A DNA stretch of 64,000 nt. Origin: an uncultured Thermoleophilia bacterium. GTDB lineage: Bacteria; Actinomycetota; Thermoleophilia; RBG-16-64-13. Below are positions 38,849 to 48,560 of this stretch, piece by piece. Under the pieces are notes generated by a model that worked only from the letters and a program-made list of their open reading frames with translations, made no database searches and was not told the origin of the DNA. Position 1 is the first letter of the stretch; each line of letters starts with the position of its first letter. The DNA is taken from the NCBI GenBank assembly GCA_963772095.1, contig CAVYVU010000017.1:31402-95401 (forward strand). The letters are read 5' to 3'. A program made the position numbers and the translations under genes.

Positions 38849-41686
38849 GTGGCACTTGAAACCTATCGCAAGAAGAGGCACTTCGAGAAGACGCCCGAAC
38901 CGTCCGGGGCGCGAGAGCCGGCCGGCGACAGCGAGCAGGAGCCCTCACCCTCAGAGAGCGCTCCGAGGCCGGGAGCCACGAAGGGCGGACTCCTCTATGT
39001 AGTCCAGAAACACGCCGCAAGCAGGCTGCACTACGACTTAAGACTCGAACTCGACGGCGTGCTCCTCTCATGGGCCGTCCCGAAGGGGCCCTCCCTCGAT
39101 CCCCACGACCGGCATCTGGCCGCCCGGGTGGAGGACCATCCTCTCGAGTACGGCGGTTTCGAGGGGATCATCCCAAAAGGGGAGTATGGGGCCGGGACCG
39201 TCGAGTTGTGGGATCGGGGCACCTGGGAGCCCGAGGGCGACGCCCATGTGGGGCTGGCGAAGGGCGATCTGAAGTTCACTTTGCACGGAGAGAAGCTGAA
39301 GGGCGGCTGGGTGCTCGCACGCATGAAGCCTCGCGCGGGTCAAGAGGAAAAGGAGGTCTGGCTGCTCATCAAGCACCGGGATGAGTATGCCGTGGACGGC
39401 GGCAGCGAAGCCGTCCTGCGAGACCAGCCCGGTTCCGTCGCGAGCGGCCGCACTCTGGAGGAGATCACCGCGGCGGCGGGCGCGAGCGTCTGGCACGGCG
39501 ACCAACCGGCGAACGGGCAGACCGAGGCGAGGCCCGGGGAGGATTTCCTGCTCGACCCGTCCCGGGTGACCGGCGCGCGGCACGTGGCGACTATGCCCCA
39601 TTTCGTTCCCCCGGAACTTGCGACCTTGGTCAAGCGGGCCCCGGAGGGCGGCCAGTGGCTGCACGAGGTCAAGTTCGACGGATATCGGGTGCTTTCGAGG
39701 ATCGAGAACGGTTCTGTGGAGATGTACTCGCGCAACGACAAGGATTGGACCGGGACGTATCGCGTGCTGGCGGACCAATTGGCCAAGTTGCCGGTGGAAG
39801 CCGCGATGTTGGACGGCGAAGTGGTGGTACAGCTGCCAAGCGGAAAGACCAGCTTCCAGGAGCTGCAGAACGTCCTCGGCACCGCCGAAAGCGACGGGGC
39901 CGGCCGACTTCTCTACTACGTCTTCGACCTGCTGTATCTAAATGGGTGGGATTTGCTCGACTCGACTATCAAAGAGCGCAAGGCGCTCCTCAAGAGCCTG
40001 CTGAGCAGAAGCGGCGAACATGGCCGGGTACTGTTTTCGGATCACATCTCGGGAGATGGCGGCACCTTCCTCGCTGAGGCCTGTCGGCTCGGGCTGGAAG
40101 GCGTGGTCAGCAAGAGGACCGGCAGTCGTTACCGACCCGGGGCTCGGACGGGAGAGTGGCTCAAGGCTAAGTGCCTGCAGGAGCAGGAGTTCGTAATCGG
40201 CGGGTTCACGGATCCCGCCGGCAGCCGGACGGGCTTTGGCGCCCTCCTTCTCGGGACGTACGACGGCGAAAAGCTGCGGTATGTGGGGAAAGTCGGCACG
40301 GGCTTCAATGAGAGGCTCCTTCGGCACCTGGGAGATCGGCTCCGACGCATCGAGATCGAGACGCCTCCGTTCGCCGAACATCTGGCGCGGACGCCCAAGC
40401 GCGCACACTGGGTGAAGCCCGAACTGGTCGCGGAAGTAGCCTTCTCCGAGTGGACCCAGGCGGGCGACCTACGGCACCCAAGTTTTAAAGGCCTGCGCGA
40501 GGACAAGCCTCCCAGAGAGGTCGTGCGGGAGGAAGAAACTTCGGTGAGCGATGCGCCGGCGCCGCTGGTGCCTACGGAGCCTCCGCTGTCGCGGCGGAGG
40601 CCGGCGTCACAGCAGCGCTCCACGGCACGGCAAAGGTCGGCGCGGGAGCAGAGGGCGGCGCCGCGGCACAGACCGGCCGGCGTAGCGGGGCCGGGAGCTG
40701 CCGGCGTAGCGGGGCCGGGAGCGGCAGCAGAGGGAAATAAGTCCCCGGCAGATAACAGGGTGCGCGGAGTCGCACTCACGCACCCGGAACGGATCCTCTG
40801 GCCGCTCGATCAGATCACCAAGCGCGAGTTGGTCGAGTATTACTTGACAATCGCCGATCGGATGTTGCCCTATGTACTCCGACGCCCGATCTCGTTGGTC
40901 CGCTGTCCTGACGGCATCAAGGGCAGTGCGGCCACAATCCGCCAGGGCCGCGGCCGGCGCGGGCCTTGTTTCTTCCACAAACACCCGGGCCCGGATTTTC
41001 CCGGACCCTTCGAGCGGGTGACCATTGAAGAGTCCGGCGGCCCGCAGACCTATCTCACCGTCACCGAGGTCGGCAGCCTGGTTGGTCTGGCTCAGATGGG
41101 GGTCCTGGAAATCCATGTCTGGGGATCTTCATGGCCGGATATCGAGCATCCCGACACGCTGGTCTTCGACCTGGACCCAGACCCCGCGGTGGAGTGGGCG
41201 GCCTTGGCGCAAGGTGCTCGCCTGATGAAAGAAGTCCTCAGCGCCCTCGGCCTCGAAAGCTTCGTAAAGACCACGGGCGGGAAGGGCCTGCACGTGGTTG
41301 CGCCCATTGTCCCTGAGGGCAACTGGGAGGTGGTCCGCGGCTTTTGCAAGTCGATCGCCGAAGCTCTGGTCGGTCACGCCCCAGACAGGTTCACCGCGAA
41401 CATGGCCAAGGAAAAGCGAGAAGGCAAGATATACGTCGACTATGTGAGGAACACGCGGGGAGCGACCTCGATCGCTCCCTACTCCACCCGCGCCCATGAC
41501 GACGCCACTGTCGCTGTGCCGCTCCGTTGGAGCGAACTGAGCGGTCGCGTGCGACCCGATGCCTATACCATCGGCAACATTCAGGACCGGTTGCGACGGC
41601 TGAGAGGTGACCCCTGGGACGGATACCTCGAGGCCCAACGGACTCAGGGTCTCACCGCCGCAATGAAGCGTGCCGGCGGCGCTTGA
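38849..41686 (+). CDS. ligD: multidomain ATP-dependent DNA ligase D, order phosphoesterase-ligase-polymerase
   Basis: PE domain (QKHAASRLHYDLRLE); ligase motif I KFDGYRV; polymerase domain (FDLDP, KTTGGKGLHVV); 11 bp downstream of ku. Confidence 0.9.
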   Translation: MALETYRKKRHFEKTPEPSGAREPAGDSEQEPSPSESAPRPGATKGGLLYVVQKHAASRLHYDLRLELDGVLLSWAVPKGPSLDPHDRHLAARVEDHPLEYGGFEGIIPKGEYGAGTVELWDRGTWEPEGDAHVGLAKGDLKFTLHGEKLKGGWVLARMKPRAGQEEKEVWLLIKHRDEYAVDGGSEAVLRDQPGSVASGRTLEEITAAAGASVWHGDQPANGQTEARPGEDFLLDPSRVTGARHVATMPHFVPPELATLVKRAPEGGQWLHEVKFDGYRVLSRIENGSVEMYSRNDKDWTGTYRVLADQLAKLPVEAAMLDGEVVVQLPSGKTSFQELQNVLGTAESDGAGRLLYYVFDLLYLNGWDLLDSTIKERKALLKSLLSRSGEHGRVLFSDHISGDGGTFLAEACRLGLEGVVSKRTGSRYRPGARTGEWLKAKCLQEQEFVIGGFTDPAGSRTGFGALLLGTYDGEKLRYVGKVGTGFNERLLRHLGDRLRRIEIETPPFAEHLARTPKRAHWVKPELVAEVAFSEWTQAGDLRHPSFKGLREDKPPREVVREEETSVSDAPAPLVPTEPPLSRRRPASQQRSTARQRSAREQRAAPRHRPAGVAGPGAAGVAGPGAAAEGNKSPADNRVRGVALTHPERILWPLDQITKRELVEYYLTIADRMLPYVLRRPISLVRCPDGIKGSAATIRQGRGRRGPCFFHKHPGPDFPGPFERVTIEESGGPQTYLTVTEVGSLVGLAQMGVLEIHVWGSSWPDIEHPDTLVFDLDPDPAVEWAALAQGARLMKEVLSALGLESFVKTTGGKGLHVVAPIVPEGNWEVVRGFCKSIAEALVGHAPDRFTANMAKEKREGKIYVDYVRNTRGATSIAPYSTRAHDDATVAVPLRWSELSGRVRPDAYTIGNIQDRLRRLRGDPWDGYLEAQRTQGLTAAMKRAGGA
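40686..40733 (+). repeat. perfect-to-near-perfect tandem duplication of a 24-bp unit inside the ligD interdomain linker
   Basis: gccggcgtagcggggccgggagct followed immediately by gccggcgtagcggggccgggagcg (23 of 24 identical); encodes AGVAGPGAAGVAGPGAA. Confidence 0.8.
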
Positions 41687-42248
41687 CCATTGCCACACGA
41701 CCACGAGCCTAAGCAGATCATCGTGGCTTGGTCGACGGGATTGGCGGCGGGAAGCGGCTGGTATGGTCTTTATAGGAATCGCAAGCAAGGCCGGATCATT
41801 ATTGATATCAAAGGCCCGTGCGAGGGGTACGATCCACACGTGGCCATGATCGTTGAGTCAGCACGGCTGTGCCCGGATTCGCCGGACTCCTCTCTCAGAT
41901 GCGGCGCACCCGGGGCAGGTCGTTTTCGGCCGGAGGGCCTGTACACTGAGTAGGCCGCTAGGTGGGCGACCCCCTGTCCATACACAGCGTCTTGGATGTT
42001 CCTTGATTTCTCAGACCAAAGCGGCAGATCCGCTGAGTCCCCCTTGATGGAGCAGCGCCCTCGCGATCATGAGCGGCGGCGCCGCTAAGGCCTGCCGAAA
42101 TGATTTCGCCCGCAATCTGCTATACTGCTGGCAAGCATCCGTTAGGAATCCTCTCCAGGCGCAGCGCCGAGCCTCTCAACCTCCCCGCCCAGTCTTCAGT
42201 CTTGCCCTCTCGCATGTCGCAATATAACTCCGTTTATGGAGGATCTAG

Positions 42249-42571
42249 TGAATTCAGCAAAACTGTACGTGGGCAATCTCAGTTATGAGACGTCCGAAGC
42301 GAGCCTGAGGACGGTTTTCGAACCGCACGGCGCAGTGGCCTCGGTTAATCTCATCACCGATCGCGATTCCGGGCGCCCCAAAGGCTTCGGTTTCGTGGAA
42401 ATGGGATCGGCCGAAGAGGCTCAAGCGGCTAAAGGCGCTCTCGACGGCTCACAGCTCGACGGTCGCGCCCTCAAAGTGGACGTTGCCAAGGAACAAGTGC
42501 CCAGAGCGCCTCGTTCGGGTGGCGGCTACGGCGGTGGCGGCGGCGGCTACGACAGTGGCAACCGCTGGTAA
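42249..42571 (+). CDS. RRM-domain glycine-rich RNA-binding protein
   Basis: KLYVGNLSYETSEASLRTVFEPHG (RNP2) and KGFGFVEM (RNP1) plus GGYGGGGGGY tail; GGAGGA SD 5 nt upstream of GTG at 42249 (the ATG at 42236 overlaps the SD). Confidence 0.8.
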
Positions 42572-42612
42572 GAATCGCTCACAAGCGATGTCGCCCAACA
42601 AGCGATACGTCG

Positions 42613-42650
42613 AAACGCCGGCCTTCGGGCCGGCGTTTCTGTTCTCATCT
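42613..42650 (+). terminator. rho-independent terminator after the RRM gene
   Basis: perfect 11-bp stem AAACGCCGGCC / GGCCGGCGTTT with TTCG loop, followed by CTGTTCTCATCT. Confidence 0.65.
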
Positions 42651-42705
42651 ACCACGCTGCCGTCGCTGAACGTGACCGGCTAGCAACCCCGAGGAGACGG
42701 CCGGG

Positions 42706-44017
42706 TCAGTCGCCGAGGCTGGAGCGCAGGTCGATGACGCGCTGCAGCGAAGCCTTGAACGCCGATCTACTCAGGGTGCCGTTAGCGTAGCCGGTCTCCA
42801 GCCCGTCCATCGCTTGCTCGCCTTGGGTGACGTCGCGCGACGCGCAGAGGATGAGATCCATGCCGGCCCCGGCCGCCAGCAGGGCACGATGTTGGAATGT
42901 CCCGAACGCCTGCAGAGCTCCTGCCCCGAGTGAATCGGTGATCGTCACACCCTGGAAGTCGAAGCTGCTCGCGCAGTTGACCCTGGACGACGGTGGACGA
43001 CAGCCCGGCGGGCCGAGCGGCATCGAGCGCCGGGTACACGGCCCAGGACACCATGACCAGCCGGACCCCGGCGGAAATCGCGGCCTTGTACGGGAATTCG
43101 TCGATGGCTGCTCAGCGACTGCGCCGACACGTTCAGGGTGACCGGCCGCAAGTCTGTGTCCTGCGAACTGGTGGCCGCACCCAGGCCTGGAAAGTGCTTG
43201 GCGGTGGCCGCAACGCCAACCTGCCTGCTGCGCCGTGATGAAGTTCGCACCCAGCTTGGAGACGACGGTCTGGTCGCATGCTGTAGGAGCGTTCGTTCTT
43301 GTCGTCGAAGCCGCCCGCCTGGCGGTAGACATCGAGCACCGGGGCCAGGTTGACGTTCATGCCGAGGCCGCGCAGGTTGAGCCCGGCACCGTTGCCCGCC
43401 TCGGTCGCCGCGGCCGCGGGGTCAGCCGACTGGCCGATCTGCTTCTCGGAGAGCAGTGGCGCGCCCGACAGGTGGCGGATCTTCCCGCCCTCCTGGTCGG
43501 TCATCAGGAGCAGCGGGGCCTGCACCGGGTTCTGAGCGCTGGCGTTGGCTCTGCTTCAGCGTCTGGATGACCGCGCGGATCTGCGCGTCTGCTGGAGATG
43601 TTGTCGGCGAAGAAGATGACCCCGGCCGCCTCGCCGTGACTGATCAGCGAGAGCAGCGACGGCAGGTGGGGTGAGCCCGGTGTAGCTGTAGATCACCCGC
43701 TGGCCCGCCATCTGCCGCGCCGACAGCACAGGAAGTGTAGCGGGCGTTGTCGTGGGAAGTGTGGTGGGCGTCGTCGTCGGCGCCGTGGTGGACGTCGACG
43801 TTGAAGTGCTGGTGGATGCCGAAGTGCTCGTCGTAGGTAGCGAGGTGGTCGACGTTGATGTCGAGGTGGCAGTCGACGTCGCCGTGGTGGAAGACGTGGA
43901 CGTCGAAGTGGTCGTCGATGTCTGGACACCCGGACCCTGGCGCCCGCAGCCTCCCGCCAAAAGAACGGCCGACAAGATCACGCAGGCAACCACCGAGAGA
44001 GCAAAGGCGCGCTTCAA
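42706..44017 (-). pseudogene. glycoside hydrolase family 3 (beta-hexosaminidase/beta-glucosidase-like) lipoprotein with at least 3 frameshifts
   Basis: signal plus lipobox (LLAGGCG) and Ser/Thr-rich linker in ORF 43556..44017; GH3 motifs DQEGG, KHFPGLGA and C-terminal domain are spread over ORFs 43133..43525, 42945..43250 and 42706..43332. Confidence 0.7.
43740..43935. repeat. low-complexity GTCGACGTCGA(A/G)GTGG-type DNA repeats encoding the Ser/Thr-rich linker of the GH3 lipoprotein
   Basis: visible periodic repeats; the minus-strand translation gives TSTSTS...; mirror-image ORFs appear on both strands. Confidence 0.5.
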
Positions 44018-44227
44018 GGAGAGCCTCCTGGTCGAGAGCTTCGCGGGCCGGTCGTACGAATCAGCGTCGCCACCCGTCGACGTGCACGATCAGAGCGTCG
44101 TGCCCCTTCTCAACCTTTACCCACCACATCGTCATCGCAATACTGGATCTCAGCGCTGGAATAGATCGCCACTTTGGCGCCATCCCCATGCCTCTCCCCT
44201 AGGACCCGTAGCACGTCGTCCCACTTG

Positions 44228-45370
44228 TCAAGCATGAGCAACTCTTTCGCTCGGGGCAAAGAATCCCGCGGCGGTGAGGTCCTTGTACTCATTGAAGACA
44301 ATAAGCCGCTCCACATGCGGCGGCAGTTGAATCATCAACCTGAACTCATCAGAGCTGATGCTGCCCCAGTTTCCAAAGAGGTAGTGAGCCACGTGGCCTT
44401 CCGGGGCATTGCAAATCAGCACCACGTCCCCACCGGTGCTCTTGACGGACGGGAAGCCGGTGATGACCCCGCCTTCTCCCTCGTTCGCTTTCGCGAAAGT
44501 ATTGGTGACCACCACATCGCAGTCCCTGGCTCGAGGGGTCAGGTAGTGCCATCGGGCTTCCACCAAACCCTCGTTGAACGCGGTCTCAGGCTCCCCTGCG
44601 TAGACAGAGACGGTCTCCCCCCAGGTGTTGACGATCGCATCTATCTTGAAGTCGAGACCGACCATGTGAGCCGCTTCCTCGATATTCTGCCGCATGGGGT
44701 TGCCCTGAATGCAGCCCATACCACCAAGGTCCACACTCTTGCTGGCACCATCCTGCAGCTTCATGCGATGCATGGCCCCGACAGTCTCGAACGATGCGAT
44801 CCCCGGCAGGATGATCTTGGCTCCTCCGCCAAAGCCGGCGAACCCGTGAGGCACGATCGAACCGATAGCTATCTTGTAATCGCAGTTGACAACCTCGGCA
44901 TTGATGTACAAATCCGTACCGAAGCTCGTTGTCCCAACCAAGCTGCAGTTGCCGACGATGTTGTGATTGAAGACGGGGAACCGCGAAACTACCTCTTCCC
45001 CTAGCTTCTTGACGAAGTCCCTTCGGGTCAGAGCACCGTGGCAACCCAATGCGCAGACGAAACGGATCTGGTCGTCCCCAACCCCCGCTTTCGCTAACTC
45101 CTCCAGCACGTATGGAATCATCGGGGCTGCCCGAGTGGGGCGAGACATATCGTCAAAAATGATGGCTATTTCTTTCTTTCCTCTGGCGCCCACGCTGATC
45201 GGCGAAGTGCCGATGGGGTGAAGGATCGCGTCTTCGATACGCGTAGCCTCCAAAGCCGGCCGATCGTGGCCGGCCATATGGCACAGTTCCACCTGCCAAC
45301 TTTCAGGAAAGGCGACGTCGAGAAGCCCGGTCTCATACCAAGCGAGCTGTGGGAGGCTGACTCTCTTCAT
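44228..45370 (-). CDS. LarA-like protein (lactate racemase family, DUF2088), paralog 2
   Basis: 380-aa ORF with LarA N-terminal domain layout; second LarA homolog in the window. Confidence 0.65.
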   Translation of the reverse strand: MKRVSLPQLAWYETGLLDVAFPESWQVELCHMAGHDRPALEATRIEDAILHPIGTSPISVGARGKKEIAIIFDDMSRPTRAAPMIPYVLEELAKAGVGDDQIRFVCALGCHGALTRRDFVKKLGEEVVSRFPVFNHNIVGNCSLVGTTSFGTDLYINAEVVNCDYKIAIGSIVPHGFAGFGGGAKIILPGIASFETVGAMHRMKLQDGASKSVDLGGMGCIQGNPMRQNIEEAAHMVGLDFKIDAIVNTWGETVSVYAGEPETAFNEGLVEARWHYLTPRARDCDVVVTNTFAKANEGEGGVITGFPSVKSTGGDVVLICNAPEGHVAHYLFGNWGSISSDEFRLMIQLPPHVERLIVFNEYKDLTAAGFFAPSERVAHA

Positions 45371-45383
45371 GAACGGCTCCCCC

Positions 45384-45662
45384 TCATCCGCCTAGAGCAA
45401 ATGTCAGTAGCACAATATGGTCGTCGCTGTTGACCTGGATGTCGTAATCATCCACACAGAAACGACCGTTCACGTTGAAGGTGTAGTGGCCGGTAAGTTT
45501 GTCCTCGCCGGGCCTGATGATGCTCCCCTCTAATGTGGGCATCTCTCGCCTGAGCGCGGCGACAACCTCCCGGAGGCTGACGTCCCCCTCTAACTCGAAC
45601 TCCACGTTCTGTCGGCCGGCGAACTGATTGGACATCCCGAACAATTCCACGCAGTACTTCAT
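45384..45662 (-). CDS. MoaD/ThiS-family ubiquitin-like sulfur-carrier protein (92 aa, C-terminal GG)
   Basis: MKYCVELFGM...HIVLLTFALGG; its ATG overlaps the AOR stop codon in an ATGA; in the ORF track it appears fused to the AOR ORF only because the AOR frameshift puts both in the same frame. Confidence 0.7.
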   Translation of the reverse strand: MKYCVELFGMSNQFAGRQNVEFELEGDVSLREVVAALRREMPTLEGSIIRPGEDKLTGHYTFNVNGRFCVDDYDIQVNSDDHIVLLTFALGG

Positions 45663-47513
45663 GATGGCCAGAATTCCCTCGCCACGTCGTCCAGACCAAG
45701 CTCCAGAAGTTTCTTCTTGCTGGGCTTTGTCGTCTTGAGGTCCCAATCCATGGCCTCGAGAAACTCCCGGTTGATGGCATCTTGATCGATGGTCACCCCG
45801 GCGAGCGGACCGGCCTCCAAGGGCGGTTTCCCCACCAGCCTCCCAGAGACGACGTAGTCCAAGCGGATTCAGCCCTTCGCGGACGTTGAACGCCTGACGC
45901 ATGTTGGCGATTCGCTCTCCGGTCGTCAGCACTTCCTCAAGGGTCGCGTCCCACCCAGTGAGCGCATTCAAGAACTCGATCAGGACATCCACGTGGGGAT
46001 ACGTAGCGATGACGAACACACAGACCCCGAGGCTCTCTAGGGCATGATTGAAGACGTAATTGACCTTCTGGGCTTCGCCTCTGCCGCTAAATGCGCCAGG
46101 TTCGTAGGCGGGCACTGGAACGCCCGGCGGCACGAACCCGCCATGCCAACGCATATGCCGGGCGGGAGTGGCGTCCATTCTGTAACACGAGGCAAAGCCG
46201 TACTCGAACTTGGGGTTATGAGCAGGGGGTTCCTGCCCATGGATATGAATGGCATATTGTTCGGCACCCCGGCCGATCTTTTCAGCGGCGACCCTGACCC
46301 CGTCGGCCAGGATGTCGCCAAAGCCTTCCCTCTTGCCCAAGTTTTCGAGCATGGCGACGATCGACTCGTGGTTGCCCCACGTCATTTCGATGCCGCCGGT
46401 GTCCTCCTTGGTGATGACCCCGTTCTCGTAGCATTCGATCGCAAAAGCCATGACCGCACCGGCGGAGATCGTGTCCACCCCATAGCGGTTGCACACGTCG
46501 TTTGCCTTGATGATCGACTCGATATTGTCGTTGAGGCAGTTCGTCCCGAACATGCTGACGGTTTCGTACTCGGGCTTGTGGACGCCGTGTGAGTATTCGT
46601 ACTCGCCTGTGCTTTCCTTCATCAGCCCGCCACAGGCCACCACGCACCGGTGGCAACCGTACTTCCTCTGCACCCTCTCCATCACCGCGTCCACGCCGAT
46701 CTTCTCGACCCCCGGGAAGTCGATCTCTGTGACCCCGGACCAGTTCTTTACCGGGGTATCTCCGATCTTCGCAAAGGGCACGATGACGGCAACGGTGCCG
46801 AAGTTCTTGAACTCATCGATCAGCCCCACGAGTTTCCTCGCGTAGGTCTTTCGCAGTTCGGCCGCCCCCTCAGCGTCGAAGACCGGGACCGGCGTGCTGC
46901 CTTTGGCCACGATAGCTTTGAGCTTCTTGGAGCCCATCACGGCGCCAAGTCCGGAGCGCGCAGCCGCCCTGCCTTTGTCGGTCATGATCCCGGAAATGAG
47001 CGAAAGCTTCTCGCCCGCAGGGCCTATGCAGGCGATCTCGGCATCCTTGCCGAACTCGGCCTTGAGGATGTCCTCCGTATCGTGAGAGTCCTTACCCCAC
47101 ACATGTGCGGCGTCCCGGATCTCAGCAACTCCATCGACGATCGAAAGGTATACCGGTTTCGCAGACGCCCCGGTGAAGAAGACGGCGTCATAGCCGGCAT
47201 ACCGCAGGATCGGGCCGAAGTTACCTCCGGCGTTGGAATCGCCCCAACCACCGGTGAGGGGAGATTTCCCCACGACTGCAAACCTAGAGCCGCCGAGCGC
47301 GCTGGTTCCCGTGAACGTACCGGAAAGAAAGCCTAGTATGTTTTCCGGACCCAACGGGTCGACACCGGCTTTTAGGCGATCAAAGAGTACCTTGACCCCT
47401 AGGCCGTACCCGCCAAAATATTGCCGGTATAGTGCCTCGTCCAGGATTTCTTCATGCAGCGCACCCGTGGACAGGTCCACCCAGAGGATCTTGCCGCAAT
47501 ATCCGTTTGCCAT
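45659..47513 (-). CDS. aor: tungsten-type aldehyde:ferredoxin oxidoreductase (AOR family) with a single frameshift near 45865
   Basis: N-terminus MANGYCGKILWVDLSTG; pterin/4Fe-4S domain motifs; authentic C-terminus (GPLAGVTIDQDAINREFLEAMDWDLKT...LGLDDV) lies in ORF 45659..45862, a different frame from the main ORF. Confidence 0.8.
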
Positions 47514-47547
47514 GTCGCTCTCCGTGCCTTGCTACCAGTGACTGGGG

Positions 47548-48491
47548 TCAGGAACAGTTCTTCTCCTCTTGTATCTTGACCAGCGTCACCATCACCTCGT
47601 TGACGGGAGTCGGCACGCCCAGCCTCTTTCCTTCGCGCACGATGCTGCCGTTGATGGCGTCGATCTCGGTCCTTCGTCCTCTTTCCAGGTCCTGAAGCAT
47701 CGAGCACTTGGGCTTCGTGCCGGAATCGTGGAATTTCTGGATGGTCTTCAGCAAGCCCTGGATGGGATCTCCCGCCTGCGTCCAGCGCGATGCCCGCCGC
47801 CTTGGTGACCGCCAGACATTCCTCGGCCATCTTGATGAGTAGCTCTTTGGCGTGCGGATACGCGGCGTACTCGTCGTTGGTGAGCCTCATGGCGGTCCCC
47901 AGCGCCAGGGGGACGTTCTGCAGCACCTTGCCCCAGATGAGCTGCTGGACATTCGTCGAGACGACCACGTCCAGACCCGCTGCTCTGGAACGCATCCGCG
48001 ATCTCGTCCACCTCGGGCGAGACGACGCCGTTAGCCGGTCCGATCTTCAGCCCGCCGGTGCCGACCACCCAGCTCAGCCGATTGAGCTCCAGAGGAGTGA
48101 CCACGCACCAGAACACCCCGCCGATCACGTGGGAATCGTCCCCCAGCACGTCCACGATGTCTTCCACGTTCCCGGCACCGTTCTGGACCGAGAGCACCCA
48201 GGTGTGCGCCCCGATGATGCCTTGGCGCCGGCGATCGCCGCCGCGCGTGGCGTTCGACTTGACCGCGAGCACGACCAGGTCGGCGACGCCGACGGTTGCG
48301 ACGTCGTCGGTGATCTTCACCGCGGCCTGAAGGGTCCGGCCGTCGGACATGTCGATCCGGACGCCGCCGGCTTGAATGGCGCCGACGATATCCTTCCGGA
48401 GTTCCACCAAGGTGACGTCCTGCCGCTCGTCGGCCAGCAGCGCTCCCAGAAGGCTGCCGATGTTGCCCGCACCGATGATGGCTATCTTCAC
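47548..48491 (-). pseudogene. 2-dehydropantoate 2-reductase (PanE/ApbA) family 2-oxoacid reductase with at least 2 frameshifts
   Basis: N-terminal MKIAIIGAGNIGSLLG Rossmann region (47748..48491); ApbA C-terminal domain in ORFs 47399..47995 and 47548..47754 (KPSMLQDLERGRRTEIDAINGSIV). Confidence 0.7.
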
Positions 48492-48560
48492 TGCCTCTCC
48501 CCTACGAACGTCTTCAAGTTAGTTCCTTGCCCGAATTCCGGGCGGATACGTGGCGAACAA

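Noticed and set aside
41850-41900. tmRNA-like 5' motif (GGCTGTGCCCGGATTCGCCGGACT resembles GGGGCUGAUUCUGGAUUCGACGGG)
   Set aside because: No GGGG 5' end. No T-arm (GGTTCGAATCC-like) or CCA-proximal acceptor complement within 300-400 nt on either strand. Most likely a chance resemblance.
41690-41953. 87-aa ORF in the long intergenic region upstream of the RRM gene
   Set aside because: No recognisable domain, no RBS, atypical composition; more likely non-coding leader or regulatory DNA.
43740-43935. Periodic short DNA repeats that could be mistaken for a CRISPR array or minisatellite
   Set aside because: Units are 12-16 bp, imperfect, and carry no unique spacers. They sit inside an ORF and encode a Ser/Thr-rich lipoprotein linker.
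45384-47513. Apparent AOR-MoaD fusion protein (single 709-aa ORF)
   Set aside because: The authentic AOR C-terminus is in a different frame (45659..45862) and ends with a stop codon that overlaps a separate ATG for the MoaD-like gene. The fusion is an artefact of the AOR frameshift putting both in the same frame.
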